Shown in pieces: positions 1-9,127 of a stretch of 50,924 bases of DNA. The stretch covers positions 13,813 through 64,736 of the forward strand of contig CAVKFY010000029.1 in NCBI GenBank assembly GCA_963655775.1. The letters run 5' to 3'. The stretch's first letter is position 1. Each line of letters begins with the position of its first letter. This stretch comes from Alistipes communis (GTDB taxonomy: Bacteria; Bacillota_I; Bacilli_A; RFN20; CAG-826). A program made the position numbers and the translations under genes. The notes under the pieces were generated by a model. That model made no database searches and was not told where the DNA came from. It was given only the letters and a program-made list of their open reading frames with translations.

Positions 1-96
1 ACTGTAAAGCTAAAAACAGGAACAGGAGATACTGACGATGACTATACGACTCTTGTTCTTGATGTTACTCAAAAGATAAGTGGGGTAACGGCTTAA
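1..96 (+). CDS. 3' end of an unidentified CDS entering the window
   Basis: Frame 1 is open from base 1 to TAA at 94-96 (...TLVLDVTQKISGVTA*). Too short to assign. Confidence 0.3.
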   Translation, partial: TVKLKTGTGDTDDDYTTLVLDVTQKISGVTA

Positions 97-145
97 TAAA
101 AATTTTAAAAGAATTCTCATGTATGATTTAGCCTCAAGGTTAACT

Positions 146-164
146 ATTTAGTTAACAGGTTAAC
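146..164. promoter_or_regulatory. Candidate LacI-family operator, copy 1
   Basis: ATTTAGTTAACAGGTTAAC matches 1339-1357 at 17/19 positions. Contains the inverted repeat GTTAA-N4-TTAAC. Lies 88 bp upstream of the regulator start. Confidence 0.4.
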
Positions 165-251
165 AAAAAGCATATTTATTTCGTTAATATTCCCCATAGT
201 TACTAATTTTTCGTTTGTTAATCTATTAACTTTAACGTTATACTCATAGAA

Positions 252-1289
252 ATGAAGAAGCCAAGTATTTACGACATAGCCAAGCATGTTAATGTTTCTA
301 GTGCGGCAGTTTCCTATGTACTTAATGGCAAAGAAGGAAAAGTGTCTGAAGCAACAAAGAAACGTATCTATAAAGCCATGGACGAATTAGGCTACACACG
401 TGATCATGCGGCCGTTTCTTTATCAACTGGCAAGAGTCATCTAATTGGTATCGCTCTTCCACTTAATGCGACAAGTGAAGCGTTTTTCAATAACCCATTC
501 TATGGTGAATTCCTCGGTTCTTTTGAGGAGGTTCTTCAAGAGAAAGGATATGACGTCATCATGTGTTCGAATCAAACCGTATCAGGATTTGAACGTTGGT
601 ATAAATCACGTGCTTTGGATGGAATAGTTGTTTTAGGCTCTCTTTCAAAAGATATGGAAAAAGCTTTGACGGAGATGAACGCTCCAACGGTATTGGTTGA
701 TGTTTATGAAGAATATTCCGCACCATTTACTAATATTCGTATCGATGATGAAAGAGGAGAATATCTTGCCGTTCGTCATTTAATTGAACTCGGTCATACA
801 AAAATAGGTTTTGTTGGTGGACCTAGCGCCTCAATTGTTAACTACAAACGTTATTGTGGTTATGAAAAAGCCCTATTAGAAAGCAATATTCCAATCAATA
901 AAGAATTGGTTTTCCACACTCTTACGACCTTAGAAGGCGGATATTCAATGGGGGAAACGATCAAAAATAAGCTTCCTTTAATCACGGCTGTAGCAGTAGA
1001 CGCAGATATCGTTGCCATTGGACTAATAAGGCGCTTACTTGAACTAGGCGTTAATTTACCAAACGATCTTTCTATTATTGGATTTGATGATATCCAACCT
1101 GCGCAATATATTCACCCAACATTAACAACAGTTCATCAGGACATTAGAGAAAAAGGTAGGCTAAGCGCTACAACGATTCTTGAAGAGATTAATAACAAAT
1201 CAACAAGCAAGAAAAACTACGTCATTGAGTCCAGCATATTGGTCAGAAATAGCACTATTAAGCATGAGAATAAGAAAGGGCTTTCATAA
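252..1289 (+). CDS. LacI-family transcriptional regulator
   Basis: N-terminal HTH (MKKPSIYDIAKHVNVSSAAVSYVLNGK) followed by a periplasmic-binding-fold sugar sensor domain (IGFVGG..., IIGFDD..., TTVHQD). 345 aa. Confidence 0.9.
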   Translation: MKKPSIYDIAKHVNVSSAAVSYVLNGKEGKVSEATKKRIYKAMDELGYTRDHAAVSLSTGKSHLIGIALPLNATSEAFFNNPFYGEFLGSFEEVLQEKGYDVIMCSNQTVSGFERWYKSRALDGIVVLGSLSKDMEKALTEMNAPTVLVDVYEEYSAPFTNIRIDDERGEYLAVRHLIELGHTKIGFVGGPSASIVNYKRYCGYEKALLESNIPINKELVFHTLTTLEGGYSMGETIKNKLPLITAVAVDADIVAIGLIRRLLELGVNLPNDLSIIGFDDIQPAQYIHPTLTTVHQDIREKGRLSATTILEEINNKSTSKKNYVIESSILVRNSTIKHENKKGLS

Positions 1290-1338
1290 AAATAAATAAA
1301 TTTTTAAAAAAGTATATCCTAAAGGATATAACCACATA

Positions 1339-1357
1339 ATTTAGTTAAGCGGTTAAC
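1339..1357. promoter_or_regulatory. Candidate LacI-family operator, copy 2
   Basis: ATTTAGTTAAGCGGTTAAC with GTTAA-N4-TTAAC. Lies 58 bp upstream of the first structural gene of the glycan locus. Confidence 0.4.
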
Positions 1358-1414
1358 GATTTTTCTTTCATTTTGTCTGCCTAAGTGAAATAATTTAGTC
1401 AGAAGGAAAACACT

Positions 1415-4075
1415 ATGAAGAAATCATTTTTGAGTAAAACATTTCGTGAAGTAAGCGCTTTCATACTTTTTGGTGCCATTGGATTAACCGCATGCCAAGA
1501 AGTTGTTAATTCATCAAGCGAATCCAAATCCTCCGAGTCTTCGATCAGTAATGATTATTACGATCCTGAAGCTTTCATTACTCCAACCAACGAAGTAAAA
1601 ACGACAAAACTTGTCACATATGAAGGACCATCTTTGCTAGAAAGTTCCAAAACAGTAAGTGTTAAGGTTAACGATGTTGATTTATTTGTTTATGAAACAC
1701 TGGTGAATCACGGTCGTGTTTTCTCTTGGGCCGCGCCAACGACGATGACCCAAGCAGTCATATTTGATTTTGAAGGAACGGTTCATTTAGATGTAACGAT
1801 CAAAGAAACTCCTATAACAAGCGCAATTCTTCGTCCAAGCGTTTATGGAATTTCACCGACATTTACCGAGAATACGATTTCTTTCGATTTAACGCATAGT
1901 GGAAACTACGTTCTTGAATATAACGACAATAGCGAGGCCGCCATACAAATATTTGCAAATCCAATAGAAAAGAACCCTAAAACCGAAGAAGATGCTAAAA
2001 AAGATGACAACATCATCTATGTTGGGCCTGGAATCTATGATGCAGGCGTTTTCCCAATTAAAAACAATACGACAGTGTATTTAGCTGGAGGGGCATATGT
2101 TTATGGCCAATTCTCTGCGGAAGGAGTTAGCAATGTTACCATTCGTGGAAGAGGTATTGTTTCTGGAAGTATCTATAGTAGAAATAGTTCTAACGAATAC
2201 ACCATTCCGGTGGTAATGAGAAACGTTAAGAACTTAACAATTGAAGATGTAGCCTTCTTTGATCCAGCTGGTTGGACTCTTCATCTTTGGAAATGTGAGA
2301 ATGTAAAGGTAAATAACGTAAAAATCATTACTGCTAGAAGCAACGGAGATGGTATTTCCATTCAAAGCTGCTCTGAGGTTGAAGTTAATGGAGGATACGT
2401 TCGCACGTGGGACGACTCTCTTGTTGTCAAAAACTCTGACATGGGTTCGACAAATAATATTCACATACACGATGTCGTTGTGTGGACTGATTTAGCTCAA
2501 TCAATGGAAGTTGGATATGAGACATATGGTCCAACAATGAGTAACATCAAATTTGAAAATATCACTGTCGTTCATGCGATGCATAAAGCGGTCATTTCTC
2601 TTCATAATTGCGATCAAGCAAAGATAAGTAATGTTACATATAAGAATATCACCGTCGAGGATGCGGAGTGTCTTGGAGATGATCGTGGAGACAAAGAAAA
2701 CGATTTCTTAATTGATTTCACCATTGCTTATAACGCTGACTGGACAAAGAGTGGAGATAAACGTGGATCGGTTGATGGCATCCATATTGAAAACATCAAA
2801 GTCTATAAAATGGCTGATAGCGTTTCTGCTAGAATGCGTGGAGAAGATTCCGATAGCGTATTAAAAAACATTGAAATCAAAGGTTTGGAAATAGAAGGAA
2901 AGCAAATCACAAGTGCCGCAGAACTTGGATTAGCAACAAATGAATTTGTGTCTAATTTAACTTTCGCAAAGATGGAAAAGGTTCATGGCGCATATATCAC
3001 TTTGCCATACAAATCCGCATTAACTGATAATAATGTAGCCAAAACAAATATAAAAACCTCAACTCAAGATGGACTTATCGTTCCAGAGTTTGCTTATTAC
3101 AAAGGGGAAGCGAGCTTCATTGGTGTTAAAGCAGAAGTTGGAGGAAAGGCTTCTGCAACACATGGCGCAGGAACAAAAACAACAACGCCAGGCGATGATG
3201 GCAGTGGAGATTTCCTTGCCGAAGGCAGTCAAGCAAACTTCGCATTCGATGGAGATAAAGAAACAAAATACATTTCTGGCAAATGGAAAGGTGAGGATAA
3301 TGAATTTGCAACACTCACTCTTGATTTCTCCTCCGTTACCAATGTTGGTGTCATTCGTCTATACGGCGATTTAGAAAACGAATATAGCCTCACTTATAGC
3401 GTTCAAATATGGGCTAGAAAAAAGAAAACAGGTTCAAGCGAGATGAGCGAAAAATATACTCGTTTGGTCACGACGAAGTCTTATACGATGTCTCCTGCAA
3501 ATGGAAATGTTGTTGATATAAACTTACCAACTCAAGATTTCGCAGGCTTGCAACTTCGCTTCGTGAAAGCAGATGGAATTCGCTCACCAAAGCAATACGT
3601 CGTTAGTGAAATTGAATTCTATCCTCCATCTTTAACTTACATGAAATCTGTTGTCGATGCCTCTGAACATAATGATGTATATCCAGTCGGAAAAGTTGTC
3701 GATGGTGATCCAACGGGAACAAGCTATTACGAAAGTAAATCTCTCCCTGCTTATCTTGTTATTGATTTAGCTGATGTGTATACGTTACAAAAAGTAGTTC
3801 TTTGCTTACCTCCAATTCTTACTTGGGGCGCAAGAACGCAAAATATCGAAATTCTTGTTAGCGACAGCAATCTTCAATACAACAGTTCAAGCACAAATTT
3901 CACAACCGTAAAAGAAAGAAAAGACTATTTATTTGATCCTCAAACTGGAAATCGCGTTCTCATTGATATGGGAAATGTTAAGTGTCGTTATTTAAAAATC
4001 GTTATTTACTCCAATGATGCGTCTGGCGGATATGGCGCGCAATTATCCGAAGTAAGCGCTTATGGAGTTAAATAA
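1415..4075 (+). CDS. Secreted lipoprotein: right-handed beta-helix glycoside hydrolase (GH28/GH49-type motifs) with two C-terminal F5/8 type C (CBM32-like) domains
   Basis: Lipobox GLTAC. Beta-helix coil repeats with SNGDGISIQ, WDDSLVVKN and SMEVGYE (NTDG / GDD / GHG-like arrangement). Two discoidin-like segments (FDGDKETKYISGKW...VSEIEFY and VVDGDPTGTSYYES...LSEVSAYG). Confidence 0.7.
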   Translation: MKKSFLSKTFREVSAFILFGAIGLTACQEVVNSSSESKSSESSISNDYYDPEAFITPTNEVKTTKLVTYEGPSLLESSKTVSVKVNDVDLFVYETLVNHGRVFSWAAPTTMTQAVIFDFEGTVHLDVTIKETPITSAILRPSVYGISPTFTENTISFDLTHSGNYVLEYNDNSEAAIQIFANPIEKNPKTEEDAKKDDNIIYVGPGIYDAGVFPIKNNTTVYLAGGAYVYGQFSAEGVSNVTIRGRGIVSGSIYSRNSSNEYTIPVVMRNVKNLTIEDVAFFDPAGWTLHLWKCENVKVNNVKIITARSNGDGISIQSCSEVEVNGGYVRTWDDSLVVKNSDMGSTNNIHIHDVVVWTDLAQSMEVGYETYGPTMSNIKFENITVVHAMHKAVISLHNCDQAKISNVTYKNITVEDAECLGDDRGDKENDFLIDFTIAYNADWTKSGDKRGSVDGIHIENIKVYKMADSVSARMRGEDSDSVLKNIEIKGLEIEGKQITSAAELGLATNEFVSNLTFAKMEKVHGAYITLPYKSALTDNNVAKTNIKTSTQDGLIVPEFAYYKGEASFIGVKAEVGGKASATHGAGTKTTTPGDDGSGDFLAEGSQANFAFDGDKETKYISGKWKGEDNEFATLTLDFSSVTNVGVIRLYGDLENEYSLTYSVQIWARKKKTGSSEMSEKYTRLVTTKSYTMSPANGNVVDINLPTQDFAGLQLRFVKADGIRSPKQYVVSEIEFYPPSLTYMKSVVDASEHNDVYPVGKVVDGDPTGTSYYESKSLPAYLVIDLADVYTLQKVVLCLPPILTWGARTQNIEILVSDSNLQYNSSSTNFTTVKERKDYLFDPQTGNRVLIDMGNVKCRYLKIVIYSNDASGGYGAQLSEVSAYGVK

Positions 4076-4100
4076 ATAACTTTCAGAAAGGAAAAATAAA

Positions 4101-6695
4101 ATGAAAGGGAAAAAATTATTCTTGGTCATGTTGCCACTTAGTGTTGGTGCGATCCTTGCTGCTTGTAGCCCGGAAAACAAACCTGACCAATCTTCTTCAT
4201 CAAGTTCTCCATCCTCATCTGTAATTTCATCATCAACTTCAACTTCTTCGAGTTCATCTTCGAGCAGCTCCAAAACTGATCCAGTCACTCATAGAGCAGG
4301 GCTTAATAAGACTTTAGCAGAAGGAGCAGTTACTCGTAATTACGACGAACGTTTCGATACGATAATCGAGGATTTCTCTGGTGAAACTATGCTTGGAAGT
4401 AGCGATGGAGTTGCTCACAAAGCATATTTAAGAGAAGTAGTTGATAGTAACCTAGAAAGCTTCCAAACGACACCTGACTCAGCCATATACAAGATGGCAA
4501 GTGCTACATTTGGCGGAGATAAGACACTTATCGGGCAATCATCTATCAACTTCAAGATGCGTGTTGCTAGTGGGAAACTTTCTATCAAAGACCTTATTCT
4601 TGGTATCCGTCCAAGCGATGATAATAGCGGACACGTATATCCAATTAGTCTTGCAGATGCTCTTGATAGTGAGCAAGAGGCTCTCCCAGAACTCACAAAT
4701 GAATTCCAAACCATCTCTGTTTCGGTTTCTGAATCTGTCGGAGATGAAGGCACTCTCTTCCCAGGAACTCAATTAAAGGTTCTTTCAGAAGCTACTGGTT
4801 TCCATTTATACGTTAAGAGTGACATTGAAGTGTCTGCAGTTGTCGAGATTGCTGAAGTATCTTATAGCAAAGGCGATACAAGCGTTATTATTGATGATTT
4901 CAATCGTGCAACTGTTACAGGAAATCCAAATGTATATTGGGGTCCAACGGACTGCGCAGATGCGGTTTTAATCCGTAAAGGCGTAGAAATCTCGAATGGC
5001 AAGAAATACACCACACCAGTTTTAAGCGAAAAACAAAGAGGATATTCACACATTGTTTTTGAGGCACTTGGTGATATGAGTGGAAGTAGTGTTGAAGTTG
5101 CATATGACGATACTGCTAACACGGTAAAAACTTTAGCCTTTAAAGATCTTAAAGCGGATACTGATAAAGTCGTCGTTAACACGGTTGATGGTATTTTTGC
5201 TCCTATTGCAATCGATCTTTCAACGTTTGCTGGCCCAACTGGCGCAAACATTAAGACCGTTACAATCAAGAATGATGGCAAGAATGAATTAATGATTGCA
5301 AATGTCTTTGGAACAAGTTTCGAAGAACCAGTCCTTGATAAGAAATATCCAAATATCAACACTGAAACCGCAGTAACTTTTGATAACTTTGAACGTGATA
5401 TTGCTTCTTTGAACGACAATTGGGATGAATCAGCCGCTAACGAAAAGAATGTTGCTGCAGGCATTAACGGATTTGTTTCCTATTCTAATGGCGCAAATAT
5501 TTCTACAAGTGGAGGAGCTCTCCATCTTCCTGGTGTAAGCGATGGCTATGACGAAGTTACTATTGGCTCAACACATACCTTTGCAGGAGCTCAATACATC
5601 GTTTTCTCAATCAAAGGAGAAGAAGATGTAGATTTATCTACTTTCCGTTTCTCGATGGGAAGTGCAGAAGCAATTTGGTTTAACTCCGCTATGGCAATGG
5701 AAGGAGTTAAGACTTATGGCGATAGCAGTTTCACAAGCCCATATGTAACAAGCGATGGATATACATGGTATGTAGTAGATTTGAATTACCATAATGTTCA
5801 AGCTGGTGATTTAATTAACATCTACTATTCGGGTGCGAAAAACATTTCCATTTCATCAATCTTCTACGCCAATTCATTTAGCGCTACAAAAGCACTTGAT
5901 GGATGGGCCGATACAACCGCTGATGTTGATTTAGCTGATTACAAGTATGCTGGTAACGTAGGAAAGGCTCTTGGAACCAAATACATTGGTTTCACTGTAA
6001 AAGGAGATGGAAAAGATGCGACATTGGCAACCTTCCGTTTCCAACTTAATAACGAAACGAGATGGATTAATAAAGGTGAGGTCGTTGTTTATGATGCAAA
6101 AGGTAGCAAAGTAGACAAAGACACCGTTATCCCTGAAGAAGGTGCGACATATTATGTTGATGTCAGCAGCTTCCCAACAGAAGGAGATGGCATGGCACAC
6201 GTACATGTTGGTGGTGATGGTGCAGGTAAGGTTACATTTACAAACATCTTTGCTGCGACTTCAGGCATCTCATTTGATGCTATGGGCGCTAACAAGGTTG
6301 AAGCTCAAGCTGGCTATGGATATTGTGGAGGTTGGGATGCAACTGCCCATACTGATAAAATCTACCTTGCTATGTCTAGCGAAGATTCTTCATGTGATCT
6401 TTCACAATTCCGTATTGAAGTGGCAGGTAAACTTGTTTGGGCGAAAGATAATGCAGAACTTCTTAAGAATGTCGATGGAAGTTCAGTTAACCTAGCTAAC
6501 AAACTAACTTCAACTCCAACAACGGTTGTTATTGATCTAAAAGCAGCAGGCATTGCAGCCGAAAAAGGCGGTGCAGTCCATTTCCATAATTCTCAAGATG
6601 CAGCATGGAAACTCACTCTTGGAGCGGCAACCGCTTATAGTGAAGAAATTCCTTATTCAACTGCTTTAGCTAGTTATGTTGAAACTTGGGCTTGA
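4101..6695 (+). CDS. Surface lipoprotein with a Ser-rich linker and tandem beta-sandwich/CBM-like modules; function unknown
   Basis: Lipobox ILAAC, then the SSSSSSPSSSVISSSTSTSSSSSSSSS tract. Recurring module signature (hydrophobic-x-F-x-hydrophobic-K-G...L-S/A-x-F-R-F/I...W...hydrophobic-D-L). No catalytic motif recognised. Confidence 0.6.
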   Translation: MKGKKLFLVMLPLSVGAILAACSPENKPDQSSSSSSPSSSVISSSTSTSSSSSSSSSKTDPVTHRAGLNKTLAEGAVTRNYDERFDTIIEDFSGETMLGSSDGVAHKAYLREVVDSNLESFQTTPDSAIYKMASATFGGDKTLIGQSSINFKMRVASGKLSIKDLILGIRPSDDNSGHVYPISLADALDSEQEALPELTNEFQTISVSVSESVGDEGTLFPGTQLKVLSEATGFHLYVKSDIEVSAVVEIAEVSYSKGDTSVIIDDFNRATVTGNPNVYWGPTDCADAVLIRKGVEISNGKKYTTPVLSEKQRGYSHIVFEALGDMSGSSVEVAYDDTANTVKTLAFKDLKADTDKVVVNTVDGIFAPIAIDLSTFAGPTGANIKTVTIKNDGKNELMIANVFGTSFEEPVLDKKYPNINTETAVTFDNFERDIASLNDNWDESAANEKNVAAGINGFVSYSNGANISTSGGALHLPGVSDGYDEVTIGSTHTFAGAQYIVFSIKGEEDVDLSTFRFSMGSAEAIWFNSAMAMEGVKTYGDSSFTSPYVTSDGYTWYVVDLNYHNVQAGDLINIYYSGAKNISISSIFYANSFSATKALDGWADTTADVDLADYKYAGNVGKALGTKYIGFTVKGDGKDATLATFRFQLNNETRWINKGEVVVYDAKGSKVDKDTVIPEEGATYYVDVSSFPTEGDGMAHVHVGGDGAGKVTFTNIFAATSGISFDAMGANKVEAQAGYGYCGGWDATAHTDKIYLAMSSEDSSCDLSQFRIEVAGKLVWAKDNAELLKNVDGSSVNLANKLTSTPTTVVIDLKAAGIAAEKGGAVHFHNSQDAAWKLTLGAATAYSEEIPYSTALASYVETWA

Positions 6696-6738
6696 TTAAA
6701 ACTCATTAATTAATTTAGCGTTAATTATACAAATGTAA

Positions 6739-6765
6739 TGAGGGGGAGGAAATCTCTCCCCCTCA
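6739..6765 (+). terminator. GC-rich stem-loop between the lipoprotein gene and the ABC genes (partial terminator or stabiliser)
   Basis: TGAGGGGGAG-gaaatct-CTCCCCCTCA: perfect 10-bp stem, 7-nt loop. Followed by cTTTGGAGG (the RBS of the next gene) rather than a long U-run. Confidence 0.4.
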
Positions 6766-6781
6766 CTTTGGAGGATTCAAT

Positions 6782-8194
6782 ATGAAAAAAACCATAAACT
6801 TAAAAATCTTATCAGCATTGTCTTGTATTTTGCTTGCTTCATGTGATGGAGGAGGCAATGGCGATAAAATTGTTTTGAAGATTGGTTTTTGGCCAGAGAG
6901 CGCATCGAAACAAGATGTAGCGATGTACGAAGCCTGGGCAAAACGTTTTGAAGAAGAAAATCCAAAATACACGATAAAAGGCATGCCATATACCTATAGC
7001 ACGGAAACTGTTAATCAAAAAGCCAGTACTGGCAGTCTTCCTGATGTTTGGCAAACATGGTTTACCGAGCCAGAAAAGTTAATGCAAAAGAAAATAATTC
7101 GCCCAATAACAACTCAGCTTAAAGATATTGGTTGGGATGTAAAAATGGATGATGAGATGAAATCTACTTTAACATTTGATAACGAAATTTATGGAGTTCC
7201 ACGTGATGGATATGGTCTTGGACTATTGATCAACAAGCGAATTCTTGGTGAGAACGGATTATTACCAGAAAACGAAGACGGAACTTATAGTATTTATAAC
7301 AAAGATGGAACGCCTGCTTATCCTACAACGTGGGAACAAGTTTATGATTTCAGCAACACAATTGTTAACGAAAACGAAGATTCAGCAAAAGGATTTTTGA
7401 TGTATAGTGCTAACAAAAATGGTGGCTGGGTTTTTAGCAATATCGCATGGAATTTTGGAGCAGAGCTAGAAATTCAAAAAAACGGAAAATGGACCGCAAA
7501 TCTTGACTCAAATGAAGCTGTTAAGGCTCTTGAATGGATAAAAAAGATGAAAATTGAAGGCCTAACACAAGATGCAGTTGGCACAGTATATAACGATTGG
7601 TATGGCAATATAGGCGATAAGGTTGCTATGGCAGTTGTTGGAAGTGACGTCCTTCAACAAGCAAAACTACAAGGAAGCGTGGAAATGAGTGATTTAGCCT
7701 TCCTTCCAATGCCTACTGGAAATGGTAAGAATCATTACTCTTTATATGGTGGAACTCCTTATGTTTTCACTAAGAACATTTCTGATGAAAAGGTTGAAGG
7801 AATTCTAAAATTCTTTGATTATATCGGCCGCTCTCCTTCAACAAGCGAAAATAATATGAAAGCAAAAAAAGAAGGATATGAAGTGGCTAAAACAAAAAAT
7901 CAGCCTATTTTGCCTTCGATCATGCCCTGGAAAGATGAAGCGTATTTAGCTGAAGCTAATAAGTTAGAAAAAGAATATATAACTGTTGATATGAAAGATT
8001 ATTCTCCTTTCTTTGATTCAATTCAAACAAACAAAAAGAGCGAAGAACCATATGCCGCACAAGAAATGTATGAAGCTTTAGATACTGCAATTCAAAGTGT
8101 TTTCGTTAACCTTGAAAACGCTAATTGTAAGGCTCTTTTACAGACCGCTTCTTCGCAACTTCAAAAAGAGCTTGACAAGACAGTGAACAAATAA
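6782..8194 (+). CDS. ABC transporter extracellular sugar-binding lipoprotein
   Basis: Lipobox LLASC. 470 aa family-1 solute-binding protein features. First gene of an SBP-permease-permease set. Confidence 0.85.
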   Translation: MKKTINLKILSALSCILLASCDGGGNGDKIVLKIGFWPESASKQDVAMYEAWAKRFEEENPKYTIKGMPYTYSTETVNQKASTGSLPDVWQTWFTEPEKLMQKKIIRPITTQLKDIGWDVKMDDEMKSTLTFDNEIYGVPRDGYGLGLLINKRILGENGLLPENEDGTYSIYNKDGTPAYPTTWEQVYDFSNTIVNENEDSAKGFLMYSANKNGGWVFSNIAWNFGAELEIQKNGKWTANLDSNEAVKALEWIKKMKIEGLTQDAVGTVYNDWYGNIGDKVAMAVVGSDVLQQAKLQGSVEMSDLAFLPMPTGNGKNHYSLYGGTPYVFTKNISDEKVEGILKFFDYIGRSPSTSENNMKAKKEGYEVAKTKNQPILPSIMPWKDEAYLAEANKLEKEYITVDMKDYSPFFDSIQTNKKSEEPYAAQEMYEALDTAIQSVFVNLENANCKALLQTASSQLQKELDKTVNK

Positions 8195-8208
8195 GAAACG
8201 AAATTGCC

Positions 8209-9126
8209 ATGAAAAAGAAAGCATTCTCTAAACGAAAAAAGAATTGGAAATCAACCCTTAAAAAGAATTTGGTTGGATGGGCTTTTATGATTGTCCCTCT
8301 AGCTTTATTTGCGTTTTTCGTTTGGTATCCTATGGGTCGAAACATAATTCTTTCTTTCCAGGATGGATATGAGGATGCAAGCTTTGTGGGATTTGCCAAT
8401 TTTCAAGCGATATTTGAAGATCCAACTTTTCTTAGCGCTTTAAAGAATACCTTCCTTTATATACTTTGGTCTCTTGTTATTGGATATCTTGTTCCGGTTA
8501 TTCTGGGATTCCTTCTTAGCGAAGTTATCCACGCGAAAGGTTTCTTCCGTATTGTTCTTTATCTTCCATGCATGATAAGTGGAATGGCTGTCGTCTTTCT
8601 TTTTAATTCAATGTATGGAGATTCTAGTACTGATTTATTTAACGTCATCATCACTAAATTGGGTTTTGAATCCCACCCTTGGAAAGGCTCGACATCATTA
8701 ATTATTCCTCTAATTGTTTTAGCTATGACTTGGAAGGGGGCTGGAAGTACTGCTCTTATTTACCTTAGTGCTTTCCAGTCTATCGATGATTCAATGTATG
8801 AAGCGGCTAGAAGTGATGGGGCTAGCTCATGGCAGAGATTTTGGAGAATAACAATTCCTGCATTACGTGGAACAATGCTTACATTGCTAGTTCTTCAAAT
8901 AATTAGTGTTTTCCAAGTTTTCTATGAACCATTAATTATTGGACCAAAAGGTGGTCCTTTGGATAGTTCGATGTCTTTAATGTTGCTTTCATATTTGTAT
9001 GCGTTTGAAGACTTTGAATACGGAAAGAGTGCGGCATGTGCGATGGTTTTAGGTGGAATTATCATCATGTTCACCATTGGATACACGATTCTTGATCGTT
9101 TCTTAAAGAAAAAGGAGGGGAAATAG
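8209..9126 (+). CDS. Sugar ABC transporter permease (MalF/UgpA-like)
   Basis: Six predicted TM segments. EAA loop EAARSDGASSWQRFWRITIPAL. Confidence 0.85.
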   Translation: MKKKAFSKRKKNWKSTLKKNLVGWAFMIVPLALFAFFVWYPMGRNIILSFQDGYEDASFVGFANFQAIFEDPTFLSALKNTFLYILWSLVIGYLVPVILGFLLSEVIHAKGFFRIVLYLPCMISGMAVVFLFNSMYGDSSTDLFNVIITKLGFESHPWKGSTSLIIPLIVLAMTWKGAGSTALIYLSAFQSIDDSMYEAARSDGASSWQRFWRITIPALRGTMLTLLVLQIISVFQVFYEPLIIGPKGGPLDSSMSLMLLSYLYAFEDFEYGKSAACAMVLGGIIIMFTIGYTILDRFLKKKEGK

Positions 9127-9127
9127 T

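Noticed and set aside
4180-4275. Ser-codon-rich tract as a DNA-level tandem repeat or contingency locus
   Set aside because: Codons are mixed (TCT/TCA/AGT/AGC/TCC/TCG) with no exact nucleotide repeat unit. It is a protein-level low-complexity linker after the lipobox, not a slippage-prone simple sequence repeat.
4415-5464. Antisense and alternate-frame ORFs (112 aa, 91 aa, 77 aa, 200 aa, 62 aa) inside the 864-aa lipoprotein gene
   Set aside because: They are fully embedded in a long ORF with a lipobox and modular repeats. Their products are low-complexity and have no RBS or motif support.
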